The notes below the pieces were generated by a model, which had not been told where the DNA came from, ran no database searches, and worked only from the letters and a program-made list of their open reading frames with translations. Source: Paramecium tetraurelia (taxonomy: Eukaryota). From it: a stretch of DNA of 64,000 nt. Positions within the stretch are counted from its first letter, which is position 1; every line of letters begins with the position of its first letter. Location of the stretch: positions 124,001 through 188,000 of the forward strand of contig CT868667.1 in NCBI GenBank assembly GCA_000165425.1, given 5' to 3'. Both the position numbers and the translations under genes were made by a program. Below are positions 39,970-53,113 of this stretch, in pieces.

Positions 39970-42714
39970 TCAATACAATTTCAATTAAAATCCATAAACG
40001 TCATTTAGTAACTATTTGGCAAATGACACACATTCTTGATAATCCTTGTCATTGAATTAACTCATCTTCCTAATCAATTCAATCACAAAATCACTTGTAA
40101 TGAAGTCTTTCAACCTTATTTTAGTCTCTGGCACTGTCTAAAAGAAATGCGAACAATCAAATATACAACACAAAGTCAATCTAACATATTCCTATCATTT
40201 AATTTATATGTCTATACAATTGTAGGCTTTAATTTTAGACTGCACATCTCAGTACAAAATATTATGAACCAATCTACTGTATCCCTTAAATCAAAGTTAG
40301 GCACATTAGGTTCACAATAAGCATGTAAAATACAAGTGTAAAATGAAGTCATCGTTTCTTTCAGTCTTTCTGCATAATCCTAATCGACATTCTATTAACT
40401 CTTGGTCAAATCCATACTAGCAGCAAATCCTAATTTCAGAATTTCTTTCAGATCACCCAAAAATTGGAAAGATTTCTCCTTCAATCCCAATATTATATCC
40501 GCAATAGCATTGTATACTTGCAACTTTAATTCCCTATTGAAATTTGGATTCTAATTTTAATATACTTTTTATACCTAAATCAAACCAAAGAAATATTTTA
40601 AAATGTTCATATAAGGTACAAACTCTTCCTCCATAGCTCTTGCAATATCTGCTAAACAAAACAACGCTGTCTTAAAGCTATCCATATCATCTGGTTCAGA
40701 AAGTGGTTTATTCAATTCTGCTATTAACTAAGATGAATATTTAGATAATTTCTTTTTAAAAGCATATGCTATTCCTGAGAGTACATAAAAATAGTCGTTC
40801 TTCACTCTTGAGTCTACATTTGATAGAGTTTTCATGATTGATTCAAAGACAGATTCAGGAGTTGTGGAGTCATCCAATCTTACAACACAACCATGCATAG
40901 CACTCATCAAACCCATCTCTAAATGAAATTTAATTTCAACAGGTACTTATGAACCACTCTCTAATAGTTATATCTGTTAAAAGAATTGGATCAAATAGTC
41001 ATTACATAATTTTGTATCAGTAACACTATAAATAATATTGAGAATAGCCATGAAAGCTGTATCTATTAATGCTATTTCTGAATTCTTGATATCTGCTCTT
41101 ACTGATGTGCTTGCCAAATGTTACAATATTTTAGATTTCTCTCTACTGAATATGCTCATGCTAAATTGCTGCAATTATTCTGTGAGATAGACGAATACCC
41201 AAATCAAATGTTGAACAATTGATATTTTGTTATTCAATTAATCCAACAAGGTTGCCAACATTTGATTAGCTTAATCATGTTCATGGAAACATTATGGATA
41301 ATTCTCAGCCACTCGACTCAATGTTTGAGCTGTAGCCTTTTTGACTTTGTAATGTTAATCAACCAAACAAGTGAAAAGACTACTCAAAGCAGTTTTAATG
41401 AGCATTTCAATTTCTTTTGTTTGGACTTCAGCCAAGGCACCAAATGCCATAACACTTGCCTTTCTGTATTCCCATTATTATTGTGTGATTGTATTCTAAA
41501 TGAAATTTTTGACTAAATCATAAGTGTTCACTCCAGCAAACTCAATTATAAATGCTAATCCTTTGCAAGATGAATCAGGGACTGACAAACCTTGATATTC
41601 ATCATCCACATCTCCACTATCCAATAAGAGATTTCTCATGAATGGCAATAAGAATCCTTCATAATTCTACTTAAAGAATTACACACAACAGTCTACTGCA
41701 TTACTTTCTGGTGTCTTTTGATTGCCATTCTATGTGATTTCTTCTTTCATTTCTGCACAAATAGTATTCCATATTTCAATTGCTGCTATTGAAATTTCTC
41801 CTTGATTTTCAAATGAAGCCTAAGTTGTTTAAAATAATTCATTTATGAACACAGGTAAAAATGTGAAGAGTTGTTTAACAAAATCAATTAAACATTGAAG
41901 TGCTCTGTGTTTAATTTCTTGAATGTTGCATACAGCATTTTTGAATATCAAATTTTTCACAAAAGAAAAGATTTCCTAAATAAAATGTGAGTGCAAATAC
42001 TTAATATTTAAACATGTCGTTCATAAAATATAATGAATCCTGTAAGGCTTTGATTGCAGTCAATCTAATTTCTAAAGTCTATTCGTTTAAATCCATTCCT
42101 ACACAAATTCCCATTAAGATGACCTTTGAGTCTTTCTCAGAAATTCCAGAAGATTGATGAGTTTTCTAGATGATTATGATTCATACTAATGCTTCGCAAA
42201 TGTAACCCAGTGTCATGATGGCTGACACCTTAATTAGAATGTCCGTGTGCTTTGAGTTTGTTGTCAATCGTTCAATTAGATCTGGCCATTCTTGTCTTGG
42301 TAATTCTATGGCAGATATTTCACTAATAGTCTAATAGATAGTTTAATAGGCTCACGTTGGCTGCTGATCTTCTAATTTCATTTTCAGGGTCAATCAATTA
42401 TTTCATGAACTTCAATTTCACATCACTCTTAGTTTATAAAGAACACGCCAACCAAATAATTTAATTAGATGGAGGATGCTATTATACTATTGGATTATTA
42501 CAATCAATCCCACAAGTCGTTTTACCAATGTACTGCAGGCAACTCTAATGCGATTCTAAATGCCGCGATTAGAGAATGCTGAAGCACAGTAGATCATGAA
42601 TTCATCAGGACATTCATCCTTGTATTTGAGCAGTACTTACTCTGCTGAACTTCGTTGTGTGCTGCTCTCGAAGAACGCACATTACACCAAATCCAAGAAT
42701 TATTGTGGCTGCAT
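39970..42714 (-). CDS. KPNB1: Importin beta-1 / karyopherin-beta (HEAT repeats)
   Basis: IBN_N-like start (RSSAEQVLLKYK), ISAIELPRQEWPDLI, AIMTLGYICE, IAAIEIWNTICAE, WENRQASVMAFGALAE and QDYAERLKE. Confidence 0.88.
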
Positions 42715-42774
42715 TTTTATGTTTAATTTTTTAAATTATAGTGTAGATTTATAATGCATAATTTAGTATATAAT

Positions 42775-43146
42775 TCATGGTTAATTGATTTTACTTAATA
42801 TCCGTCTTTCGAAGTGTGCAAAGTTGACACCAAGGACGATGCCATTATAATTAGGTTTTGCAGTATGCGGTTTGACTGGTTTGATCAAGGGAGGCAAATA
42901 CGATTAATTCGGAGTAGAAATCTCTTTATTCAATGAGATTTCTTGAAGGGGCATTCTCAAAGGAACCTTGTTCAATTGAGGCAAACGCGATCTCAGTTCC
43001 CCATCTCTGGTGGTTGACTTTCGTTTTCTGTTGGGATTCCTATTGAAGAGTCTTATTTCTTTCCCCCAATTCAACAGAGTAGGTTCTAATTCACTGACCT
43101 CTCTTAACTGCTCTATAGCCCGACGCTCGTTAGGGATTAAATTCAT
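42775..43146 (-). CDS. Hypothetical basic protein
   Basis: 372-nt ORF MNLIPNERR...KINQP. Confidence 0.6.
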
Positions 43147-43162
43147 TAATTAAATTAATTTA

Positions 43163-43294
43163 TGGCAAATAACACTCTGGACACACAATCTACAATATTT
43201 GTGTCCCTTTTTACTTTTGCCACATTAATGTAATGGCATTATTCAATATAAGATAGCTTACATGCATCTTGTATCTGCACGCTTCTTTACAATC
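43163..43294 (+). ncRNA. Box H/ACA snoRNA (two hairpins, rRNA pseudouridylation guide)
   Basis: Hairpin 1: GGCAAA/TTTGCC and GGACACA/TGTGTCC stems. H box ACATTA at 43222-43227. Hairpin 2: ATATAAGAT/ATCTTGTAT stem. ACA at 43289-43291 plus 3 nt. Both pockets lie about 14-15 nt from their boxes and are complementary to conserved rRNA sequences. Confidence 0.85.
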
Positions 43295-43325
43295 ACTTCT
43301 ATATATATATATTAAATAATATTAA

Positions 43326-45992
43326 ATGTCTCAATTGTCTAGATAGATGAAGAAGATCGGTAATTACTAGCTAGGCGATTTGCTAGGTAGAGGTTCGATT
43401 GGTACTGTGTACAAAGGATTGAATTTGGAATTAGTAATAAACACACAATAATAGAGGGAACACTTGTGGCAATAAAGCAAGTGTCAAGAGCCACACTGAA
43501 AGAAGATCAGTATATAATTTTTACAACAAGAAATCTATCTATTGAAGATGTTGAAACATGAAAATATTGTCAAATACATTGATTGTATAGAGACTGATCA
43601 ATTTCTGAATATCATTCTTGAATACATCGAAAGTGGCAGTTTGGCAAGCATTCTAAAGAAGTTTGGATCATTTCCAGAGTCTTTGGTAGCCATTTATGTT
43701 AAACAAGTATTGAAAGGCTTGGAGTATTTGCATTAATAAGGAATTGTCCATAGAGACATAAAGGGTGCCAATATTTTGACTACCAAAGATGGGTAATTTT
43801 AATCATGAGATAATAAAGTACTGTTAAATTGGCAGACTTTGGAGTGGCCACAACTTTGTCTGAAGATACGACACAAAGTAATAACATAGTTGGTACTCCA
43901 TATTGGATGGCACCTGAAGTAATAGAAATGTCAGGACATCTATCTACATCATGTGATATATGGTCACTTGGATGCACAGTCATAGAGTTATTGACAGGCA
44001 ATCCCCCCTACTTCGATAGATTATAATATGCTGCAATGTTTTAAATTGTTCAAAGGGATTGTCCTCCCTTGCCTGAAGGAATCTCAAATGAATGCAGAGA
44101 CTTTCTAATCCAATGTTTCCAAAAGGATCCCACTTTAAGGGATGATGCCACTACTATGCTCAAACATCAATGGATCACTAAAAGTTGGCATATTGTTCAA
44201 GGACCCAATCTACCTGAAGAAGTAACAAACACTATACGAAATCACATAGTAGATCAATCCAAGCTTTGGAACATTTATTACAGACTCATTCATTGAGTAG
44301 GTACCATAATTAGTGCAATGTTAATCACCAAGAAAAATTGATAAAAGCAGTGCTGTAAGAGATTCTTAATTGGATTCACTTAGATAACTTAAATTAAGGA
44401 CTAGTCATCAAATTAAATAAAACGGATTTTGGGGCTAGAATGAAGATGGCAAAAGCATGAGAGAAATTAACGAACTTATTACTTAATTAACAGAACAAAG
44501 TGATAATTCTTAGATTATTAAAATTTTAGAGTAGTTAAAGGATACTATTCCCAATGATAAATGTAAAGAATATTTCATTCATACTGGTTTAACATCATTA
44601 TTGGAAATTATAGAGAAATATATGCCACTATATTGTGAAAATAATTCATAAGATTAATCATTATAAATTTTAAAATTGATATTTGAATTAATAAATATTG
44701 TTGTAGATTAGAATCCTTAATTATTAGAATTATCATGTTATTTGGGAGCAGCAACATTTTATCAATAAATCACTTCCTCAGAATTTCATAAAGAACTAAG
44801 AGTTGAAGCCGCTTACTTTTTGGGATAGTTAACCTACTTTAAAGAAGGATACCTTCTCTCCATAGGAGGATTGGATAACCTCTTAGAATTAATTGACACA
44901 TCAGATATCTCCAACAACATCGATTTAATTGGCTTAGCATTAGATACCATAATCCTACTCTACGATCTTAATACTATAAGTTAAAGAAATCTGAGTAGAC
45001 TTCTAACAAGCAAATTCATCACTTATAGACTTGTACTTATTGCTGAACAAATTCAAAATATAGATGTTAATTTAATGATTAAATCATTGAATATTCTAGT
45101 GATATTGGCCAAATGTGATGATAAAATTGTTAAGTAATCACTTTGTGAAAAGGAAGTCATCACTAGATTAGCCACTTTTCTTAATTAAAACTAAGAATAA
45201 TCACTCATAAAGACCATTAAAATATTTAGATATCTTTCCACTGAACCTAATCTGTAACCACATTTAGATGGATTTGCTATCATACCAAGAGCCTTGAGTC
45301 TTTTAAAGAAAGACTTACCAAATTAAGGACCAATGATTGCAGATATTCTAAGAATTATATTTTATCTTACAAAACTCAATCATGATAAATAAGAAGAATT
45401 GTGTCTTTATGAAGGTGTTCCTTTATTGCTGGAACTATTTAAATTACCAAGTGATTTAGAAAACCAAATCTCAATGAAAAAGGCAGCTATCAGCATATTA
45501 TGCTCATTAGCCACATCTTCAGAAAGATGCAAATTAAAACTACAAGAAAATGGGGGTATTAGCATTTATGTTGGATTACTAACAACTAATTTAAATATTA
45601 CAAAGTTACTTGATACAATTGTTAAACTAATAGAACTTGATTAAACTCAACGCATCCCTCTTAGCAAAAATATTGACATTCTAGTGGCTTATTTTAAAAA
45701 TAACACTGTTCCCATGTACCCAACATTAGTTAAAGTATTACCCAAAGAATTTGGACTTAGTCTATTATTTCGGAAGTAACTTTTAGAACTCCTAATATAG
45801 AAGGATTAAAGTCAATTGAACCTCAAACATCTGCTACAGATACTATACTATCTATTAGAGTCTGATTCAATCAAAATTAAAGACTTGTTTAGGAATACTA
45901 TTCTATAGCAATTGATAGAGTAGGAAGAACATGGTCTGGCAGTTTAAGGCATTGTAAAGTAAATTAAGGAATTGATATTATTAAAATAATGA
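43326..45992 (+). CDS. Cdc15/Cdc7(S. pombe)/MAP3K-epsilon-like STE kinase with C-terminal ARM/HEAT repeats
   Basis: [69 protein letters not shown] and [16 protein letters not shown], followed by a long helical-repeat tail. Confidence 0.92.
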
Positions 45993-46316
45993 TCATAGAT
46001 CGTGTACATGAGCTTGTCTTTTTTCTTTGCCCTTTAATTTTGGTTACATCTCTTCCTCATCTTTCTTATAATCTAATTGCTTCTAGACTTGCTTTAACTT
46101 CTTTTCCTATTGTTCCAACCTCTTGGCATTGTTTTTCTTCTCTTCCTCATCTGACCAATCTTCATCTTTATGCTATTATTCCTGTCTTTTTTATTTTTAT
46201 TGATCTCTTTGCAATGTCTCTACTTTATTGTTTCTCTTATTATTATTGTTCTTATTCCGAGATCTCACATTGCGATTGTCACCATCTGCCAAGAAGTCGT
46301 TGTCTTCTAAATCCAT
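45993..46316 (-). CDS. Small highly charged hypothetical protein
   Basis: 324-nt ORF MDLEDNDFLADG...HVHDL. Confidence 0.65.
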
Positions 46317-47403
46317 TTAAATTTATTTATTTAGGTTGGTATTAAATTTTAGGATAGTTGATCATACGATAATTCATCATATTTAAAATTTACCATCCTA
46401 TTTTAAATTTCAATTTTATATTTGTACGTAAAATTTTCATTTGTTTGATAGTCTAAGAAACTAAGTCAATCTTAAAATTATCTTTATATTGGAATAATGA
46501 GAGATAAAAATTAGAGCTTATATGTATTATAAATGGTTACGATTAGTATGAAATTAATATATATATATATATTGGAGTAAATGTGATAATAAGAGGATAG
46601 TTATTAGTGTGATGATTGAGGTATAAAATAGTTTATACAAGGGTTTAATATATACTATCAAAATTGAAAGAATTTTATAATTTTAAGTTGAGAAATAAGA
46701 TTATACCATTATGGAATTATTTAAAATAAATAACTGTTTATGAAATAAGAGTCCCTTAGAAAGAGTTTAGTAGGAATGATGCGTGTTAATTTTAAGTAAG
46801 AGGTTTAGAAGATTTTAAGAGATTAAATATAGGGTATAGAATTTTAAAATTTAACTAAGATTAGTGAAAATTGAACTAAGTAATATGGGCGAGATGTGAT
46901 AAATACATCTTTGATTTTTGATTTATAAAAATATTTCAAATATGGCTTGAGGATTGAGGAAGTCTAACTTGGAACTCTTTTAATTATGGAACAAAAGTCC
47001 ATAAAAGAACCAAAACAATAATCTATACAGAATAATTAGGATGATCTGTTTTGGAATTATTTGCATTATTTATTTTATAAAATCGACTAGTTTTATTTAT
47101 TGGAGTGTCTTTTATAAGATTACTGAATATTTAAAAACTAAATTAAGTGATGGTGTACATAAGGATGAAGTGGTTAATGATTTCACCAATAAGCGTTTGA
47201 TAAGCGGACAAAGCATGAGTTCAAAAGAAGTCTTAATGCTTAGGATTCATAAATATTATATTGTTTATACTATGATGACGAGAAAGCATTGTTTATGTAG
47301 AGAAAAGAAAGAGTTTAGAATAAAGAGGTAAGCATTCTTCACAACTGATATGAAGCAGTAAGAAGTTTCTTAATTAAATTATTGAAAACATATATATATT
47401 ATT

Positions 47404-47649
47404 TCAATTAGCTATTGACGATTTTTGAGGAGTTACGGTTTTATTCTTTGTCAGTTACTCTTATAAGGCATCCTTGACATCGGATTGCAATTTGATTTAC
47501 TTTCTAATAGTTTTAGTTTGGCGATATTCGTCCAAAATAAGATGTGCTTTGATCCTCTACTCCTTTTCTCTTTATTCCTTATTGAATGTTGACTCCATCA
47601 TCATGGTTTTCTACATTGAGACTTTCTCTGATGCAATTACACATCCCAT
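47404..47649 (-). CDS. Small MGC-start protein (putative N-acylation)
   Basis: MGCVIASEKV...KSSIAN, 246 nt. Confidence 0.6.
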
Positions 47650-47671
47650 GTTTATAAAATATAATAAAATA

Positions 47672-48293
47672 TCAAATTATTGGTACTATTGTGTTCATAA
47701 TCTTTTGCACTATCTACATTCTGATTGGTTACTCCTTGTTGCAATATTACACAGTAATATAATGCAAGTAACTTACATAGGCCAGATTCATCAGACAACA
47801 AAGAATTTCTAATAGAAATGGCAATGTTCTGATTTCTTCCACTATTACCTTCCCTTACAGTCTACATTCTTGATAAGTTTGAGTTTGAAAAAAAAAAATA
47901 TTACAGCTCCCAAGGTCAATAACGATGAATATAACAATTGTGCTATTCTCTGCATGTGCAAACTCATCTTGAATGTCTTAGAACATAGAGTGATTGAAGG
48001 CAATATCATTAACATCAATGATAGGAGTGCCAATATGCTGATTGTTGTCTAACACATGTAAGTCATCGACACTCTAACATTAACTAATTTCATGCTCACA
48101 TCAAGTAACGTGCACCACAGATCATACTAATCAACATTGAAAGTATTATCAATGCAAATTCGATGACTTTAAACTCCGTCATCTATTCATCCTTAAATTA
48201 CAAGGCTATTGAATTCACATACAGTATGGGTATGTCTTACAAATTTACACATTCTGGCTCATTTTCAATGACTATCTGATAACTTGAATACAT
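47672..48293 (-). pseudogene. Multi-TM protein gene with frame disruptions (one in a homopolymer run)
   Basis: Hydrophobic segments ISILALLSLMLMILP, LLYSSLLTLGAVIFFF and LLEILCCLMNLAY fall in different frames. One break is at the poly-A run near 47888-47900. Confidence 0.4.
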
Positions 48294-48389
48294 TAATTTA
48301 TTATTATTATAACAAAATAGATGAGAAACTCTTACTATGAAGCCACATAAATAAACAAAAACATGTAAATTTATACATTTATATTATAT

Positions 48390-49586
48390 TCATTAAAAGA
48401 ACTTTTACCATTCTAAGTGATAATAATTTATATTTACATCTAAGTTATTCTCCATTGAAATCTGGAATTACCACTTTGTATTCTACATATAAATCTCCGT
48501 GCTGAGATGAAAACTCATGTTGCGGCATTCCTTCCCCTTTTATAATTTAGACTTCTCCAGGCTTTGTAATGCCTTCCTTATCAATTCTCACAAAATGATT
48601 ATCAAGATGTTTAATCTTCTTCTTGAAACCAAGCAAGGCTTCCTTCAAAGTAATTTCAACTTTGCATCTTAAATCAGTTCCTTGTCTTTAAAAGAATGCA
48701 TGAGGTATTTATTCAATTTAAAAGATTAGATCAGAAGTGCCAGAATCATTACGTTCATCAGCCATATTCTCATATTTCTATATAATATATCGATGTAAAT
48801 GATTACAATAGTTTGTTTGTCCTAAATTCCTTTTTCTATATACAAACTAATATTATCAGCTCCAGGAATGATCTAGGAATCACTAATATTCTATTACCTT
48901 ATCACCTTTACAAAGATGGCATTTTTTTTTGATGATCTTTCCTGTTCCATAACATCTTTCACACGTGGCTTGGAATGTTTAAAAAACTTAAATTGTCAAT
49001 AAATTAGCATACATCCAAAACCCACTTATTGTCTTTTCTATACACTTCCAACACCTTTACAAGTAGGACATGTTTCTACTAGATCTGGGTCATCAGCACC
49101 AGATCCTCTACAATGTGGACATAATATTTATTTAGTCAAATAAACTGGGATCTCTTTGCCATTGTAAATATCCTCCAATGTGACTCTAACCTTAACCTTC
49201 AATTCTGGACCCTTTCGTTCTCCTTATTATTCTCTTCCAAAAAATGATCCGAAAATATCAAATGGATCATGATGCTACATTCCCTGACTATTGAGACCAT
49301 CAACACCTCCCTTATCATATTTTTTTCTCTATTCCGGGTCTGATAGTACCTCGTATGCTAAAATTAGATGATCCCAAATACCCACGTTGATTTTCGAGAA
49401 TTTTTCATTTGCATCTGGATCCCCTTGATTTCTATCTGGATGGTATTGCTGGGATAGTTTGCGATAGGCCTTCTTGATGTCCTAAACTGAAGCATTTTGT
49501 GAGACTCCCAAGATATCGTAATATTCTCTATGTACAGCACAATATATAGATATTAGAAGTGTAAATAATGTGAGTGATAGCTTCAT
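48390..49586 (-). CDS. ER-lumenal type I DnaJ (Scj1/ERdj3-like)
   Basis: Signal peptide [39 protein letters not shown], four CxxCxGxG/K motifs and GEGMP...GDLYVEY. Confidence 0.92.
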
Positions 49587-51082
49587 TATTTTTATTAATC
49601 AAAGACAAAGGCCTTCTCATTATTATGCGCTTAATATTCATAGCCAACAAAACTGATGCTGAACATTGGGATCTCTTAAAAATTGCATATTCTAACTGAT
49701 CAATTCAGCATTCTCTTCATCCTCAATCACTATTTGTCGTTAATCGAAATTATCATCACTCGGATTTGGAACGAATGGTGCAGTTAATTTCTCTGTTTTA
49801 TAATTTTGACCATGGGAAATTCTTAAACCATGGATGCAATTTAATTTCATAGCCCCCATTAAAACCAAGTCGACTTGCTGGTTTTCGTTGTATTAAACGA
49901 TTCACAAAATCAACAGCCTCTGCACTCCAATTTGGAGGTACTTCACTTGCTCTAATTTACACCTATCTGGCCAGTATTTGATCACGGATCTCCTATCTGG
50001 ATCGACCTACATATGGTCTCTATTTGAATAAATCGAAAATCATACTCTCCCCAACATAAACTCATATGCGATAACACCTAAAGCATAGTAATCTACTGCA
50101 TAAGTATGGTTCTATCTACACATCACTTCAGGAGCTAATTGCCTATTAGGAAATAAAAATTACCCATATAACCAGGAGTACCACTCGTGTCGCTTGAATT
50201 TTCAGGTTTCATGACTCTGGCAATACCTAAATCAGTAATATGAACAAAACCCTTTTCATCAAGTACCAGATTCTCAGGTTTGATGTCTCTGTGTATAATA
50301 TTGTTAGTATGTAAGTACTCAAGACCAATAAAAATAGAGGCCACAAAAAACTCTTATTATGATTGAATACTAATACTAGTCTGTTCCTCATTGAATCGTC
50401 TCATTCTTCCAATGTGAAATCTCAGGTCACCTCCCCGCATGTAATCCATCACTAAGTACAAGTTTTCTCGATCTTGAAATGCATAGTACATATTAATCAA
50501 GAATGTATGCTTGAGTTGACTGAGTAGCATACGTTCGTTCATTACTGAGTTTACGCTCTTCTTTGTTATCACCAACGCTTTAGACATCTCTTTCATTGCA
50601 TATTACTGTCCAATTTTCTTGACCTTCCATACTTTCCCAAATCCACCAATTCCAATTACATATTCAAATGTAAATGACGCTTTCCCCATCTATTTTGTAT
50701 CTGAAACCTTTGGACTTACGACTTGTGGCTCTTTGTTCTCCTTACGAACCTTGGCTGAGTCATTTCGAATATGAATTGGTCCTGTGGGTGTCTTTGCTGA
50801 TGTGGCAATTGCTCGAGCTTTTGCTAGGAGCTAAGTCATTGAATCTTTCTGTCCTTCCGAGGGGGACTTCACTTTCTATTGTTTCATTAAAGTGGTCAAT
50901 TTGGACAAATCAATGGATGTGTTCTTGCTTTGGTATTGACCTTTAGGCATATGAGCTTAAGTTGGAGATACTGCAGGACTCTAAATAGTATATTATGAAG
51001 GACTCTTTTATTTTGATAATAGAATATTAATGAGTTTATTGTTTGGGCTGTTTGCATCACTCAACTTAGGAGCTTGCTTCAT
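49583..51082 (-). CDS. AGC-group Ser/Thr kinase whose C-terminal tail is disrupted by two +1 insertions as assembled
   Basis: [27 protein letters not shown] and [12 protein letters not shown]. As written the frame stops at 49756. The conserved tail APFVP...FVGYEY continues in shifted frames. Confidence 0.85.
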
Positions 51083-51134
51083 AATATTTAATTAATAAAC
51101 AGCTTTGAATTAATTACTGTAGTATGTTCAAATC

Positions 51135-53081
51135 TCAGTGATCATATTATTCAACCCTTTTGAGCATCCTTACTAATGAGGGAATGAATCGAAATTCAAG
51201 AAAATCCATTTATTAACTAAACTAGCCAAAAATATACTCAGCATTTGAAAAATTAAAAACCTATTATTTCACAAAACGAGGACATAACTAGTATGTGATT
51301 ATGAATTGCAATAGAGTGTTACTTTGAATAATTTCAACATTTTTCTAGAATTTGTCCGTCTTTAATATTCTTAACTTAGCAAGGATTAATACTAAAAATA
51401 AATCTATAGGATATAATTTTGGATTATTAGAACTAAATTGGTTAAATATATAATTATTCAAGAACTAATTTTTTGATCACCTACACTAATTGCCTAAGTT
51501 CTGTCGATTTTTCTCTGTCACAGAGGCAAGTATGTTTTAGGGTATATAACTTAGTTCAGCCATTTTTGTTAGATCTCTATTAGGTTGCTACACAACAGTA
51601 TTTCCAACATTTTATATAAACTAATAGTGAGCTTTAAGTTGAGGAATCATTTCTTGATCCACATAAGTAACTAATTGGCCATATGTTTTTGAATCGTTTT
51701 GTACTTAGTGTTCTGACACTAAATTAACACTAATGTCATTGTATTTCATCCATTTTTCTAAGAAAAAGTTATATATGTAAATATAATTGTGTCCTTCCCA
51801 AGCAGATCCAAAATGAACAACAATTGAATGGATCCTATATTGAAATTTACTTGAAGATTATTATTAATTAATAATCGATGATTGTTACTTATATTGTTCC
51901 TCTTTGATTTTTATTTAACTCAAAAGTCCATCTATCTTTTTTTTTAAGTACACTATAAGATCCCAAAATATACCCTCATCTTCGTATATTTTAAGTACAC
52001 CTACAAGACATGAGTGTTATTATCTAAATTTTTAGATATCTTTTTATAACTCATTAATCTAATTTTGTAAAATGGAGATTTATTCCTTTTTATTTGCATT
52101 GTTATTATTGTACATGCAAATTTCAAGATTCAATAAGTTGTCTATAATGAATTCATCGTTTGACTTTACAATTGCTCCTAAAAATAATATATTATTTTAC
52201 TATTTCTGAAATTAATTCTATTAACAGAAATTCTTAAAAATTTAGGCAACTCTAAGATTTTATTCGCGAATTCTTTTAATAAAAATGTTCTAATATTCTT
52301 GTGATTCAATGTTGCAACTAGATTAGGATGATATTCCTTCTGATTGTTATCATTCATAAAAACTATTTAAAAAAGTTCATTCATTTGTTGATTCCCGAAC
52401 AATTCCACTCTTTAAACATTGGTAGCCATTAGATTCTATAGATGTAATCTACGAATCGATTTATCAAATTTGTTTAAAATTAAATTAAAGATTTCTACAA
52501 TGTCCTATTAAACTCCGATGTATTGTTATTCTTGAGCATCCCAACACATGGTATTTAAGGCTTATTATGGATTGACATATTCTAAATTAGAAGCTATGAG
52601 TTATAGGAATAAACTTTGCATATTCAAGATGAATTTATGATACATCTAGTTTAATAGAAATAATTACATCCTTTTCACCATTCTAGCACTCAATCGAAAG
52701 TTTAAATAACTAAGGGATTTGATGACAATATTATAAGATCGAATTTATTGAACAAGTATTGCCTATATTAGCCAATCCAACATACTAGTCTTTTCCTCTC
52801 AATCTCGAAGTTCGTTAGTATAGTTTATGCTCCTAAAGAGAGTCTTTTTATATTTATTGAAAATAATTTGTTTATAACAAGCCGTTCTTCTTTAGATAAT
52901 TTGTGATGTTTACATTAAGATTATCATCTTTTTAAACAGGAGGTTCCACGTAGCCTTCCCATAGATACGTCTCAAATTTAACTTAATCTCCTTTTGCCAA
53001 ATCCCAGCACTTCCTAATATTCATTTCTCCATAGCCCATCTCTTTACAAGCAATGATGATTTGATCTGGAACAGATTGCAT
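51135..53081 (-). CDS. Ubiquitin-specific protease (USP25/28-like) with N-terminal UBA-like domain
   Basis: Cys box GLANIGNTCSINSILQ, QQDVG, His box IHSIVVHFGSAWEGHNYIYIY...WMKYND. N-terminus KEMGYGEMNIRKCW. Confidence 0.9.
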
Positions 53082-53113
53082 TATTTATTTATTTATTTAT
53101 TTATTTTTTTGTA

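Noticed and set aside
44222..44296. Apparent premature TGA/frameshift after the Cdc15-like kinase domain
   Set aside because: Removing the 28-nt GT-AG intron at 44222-44249 restores the frame.
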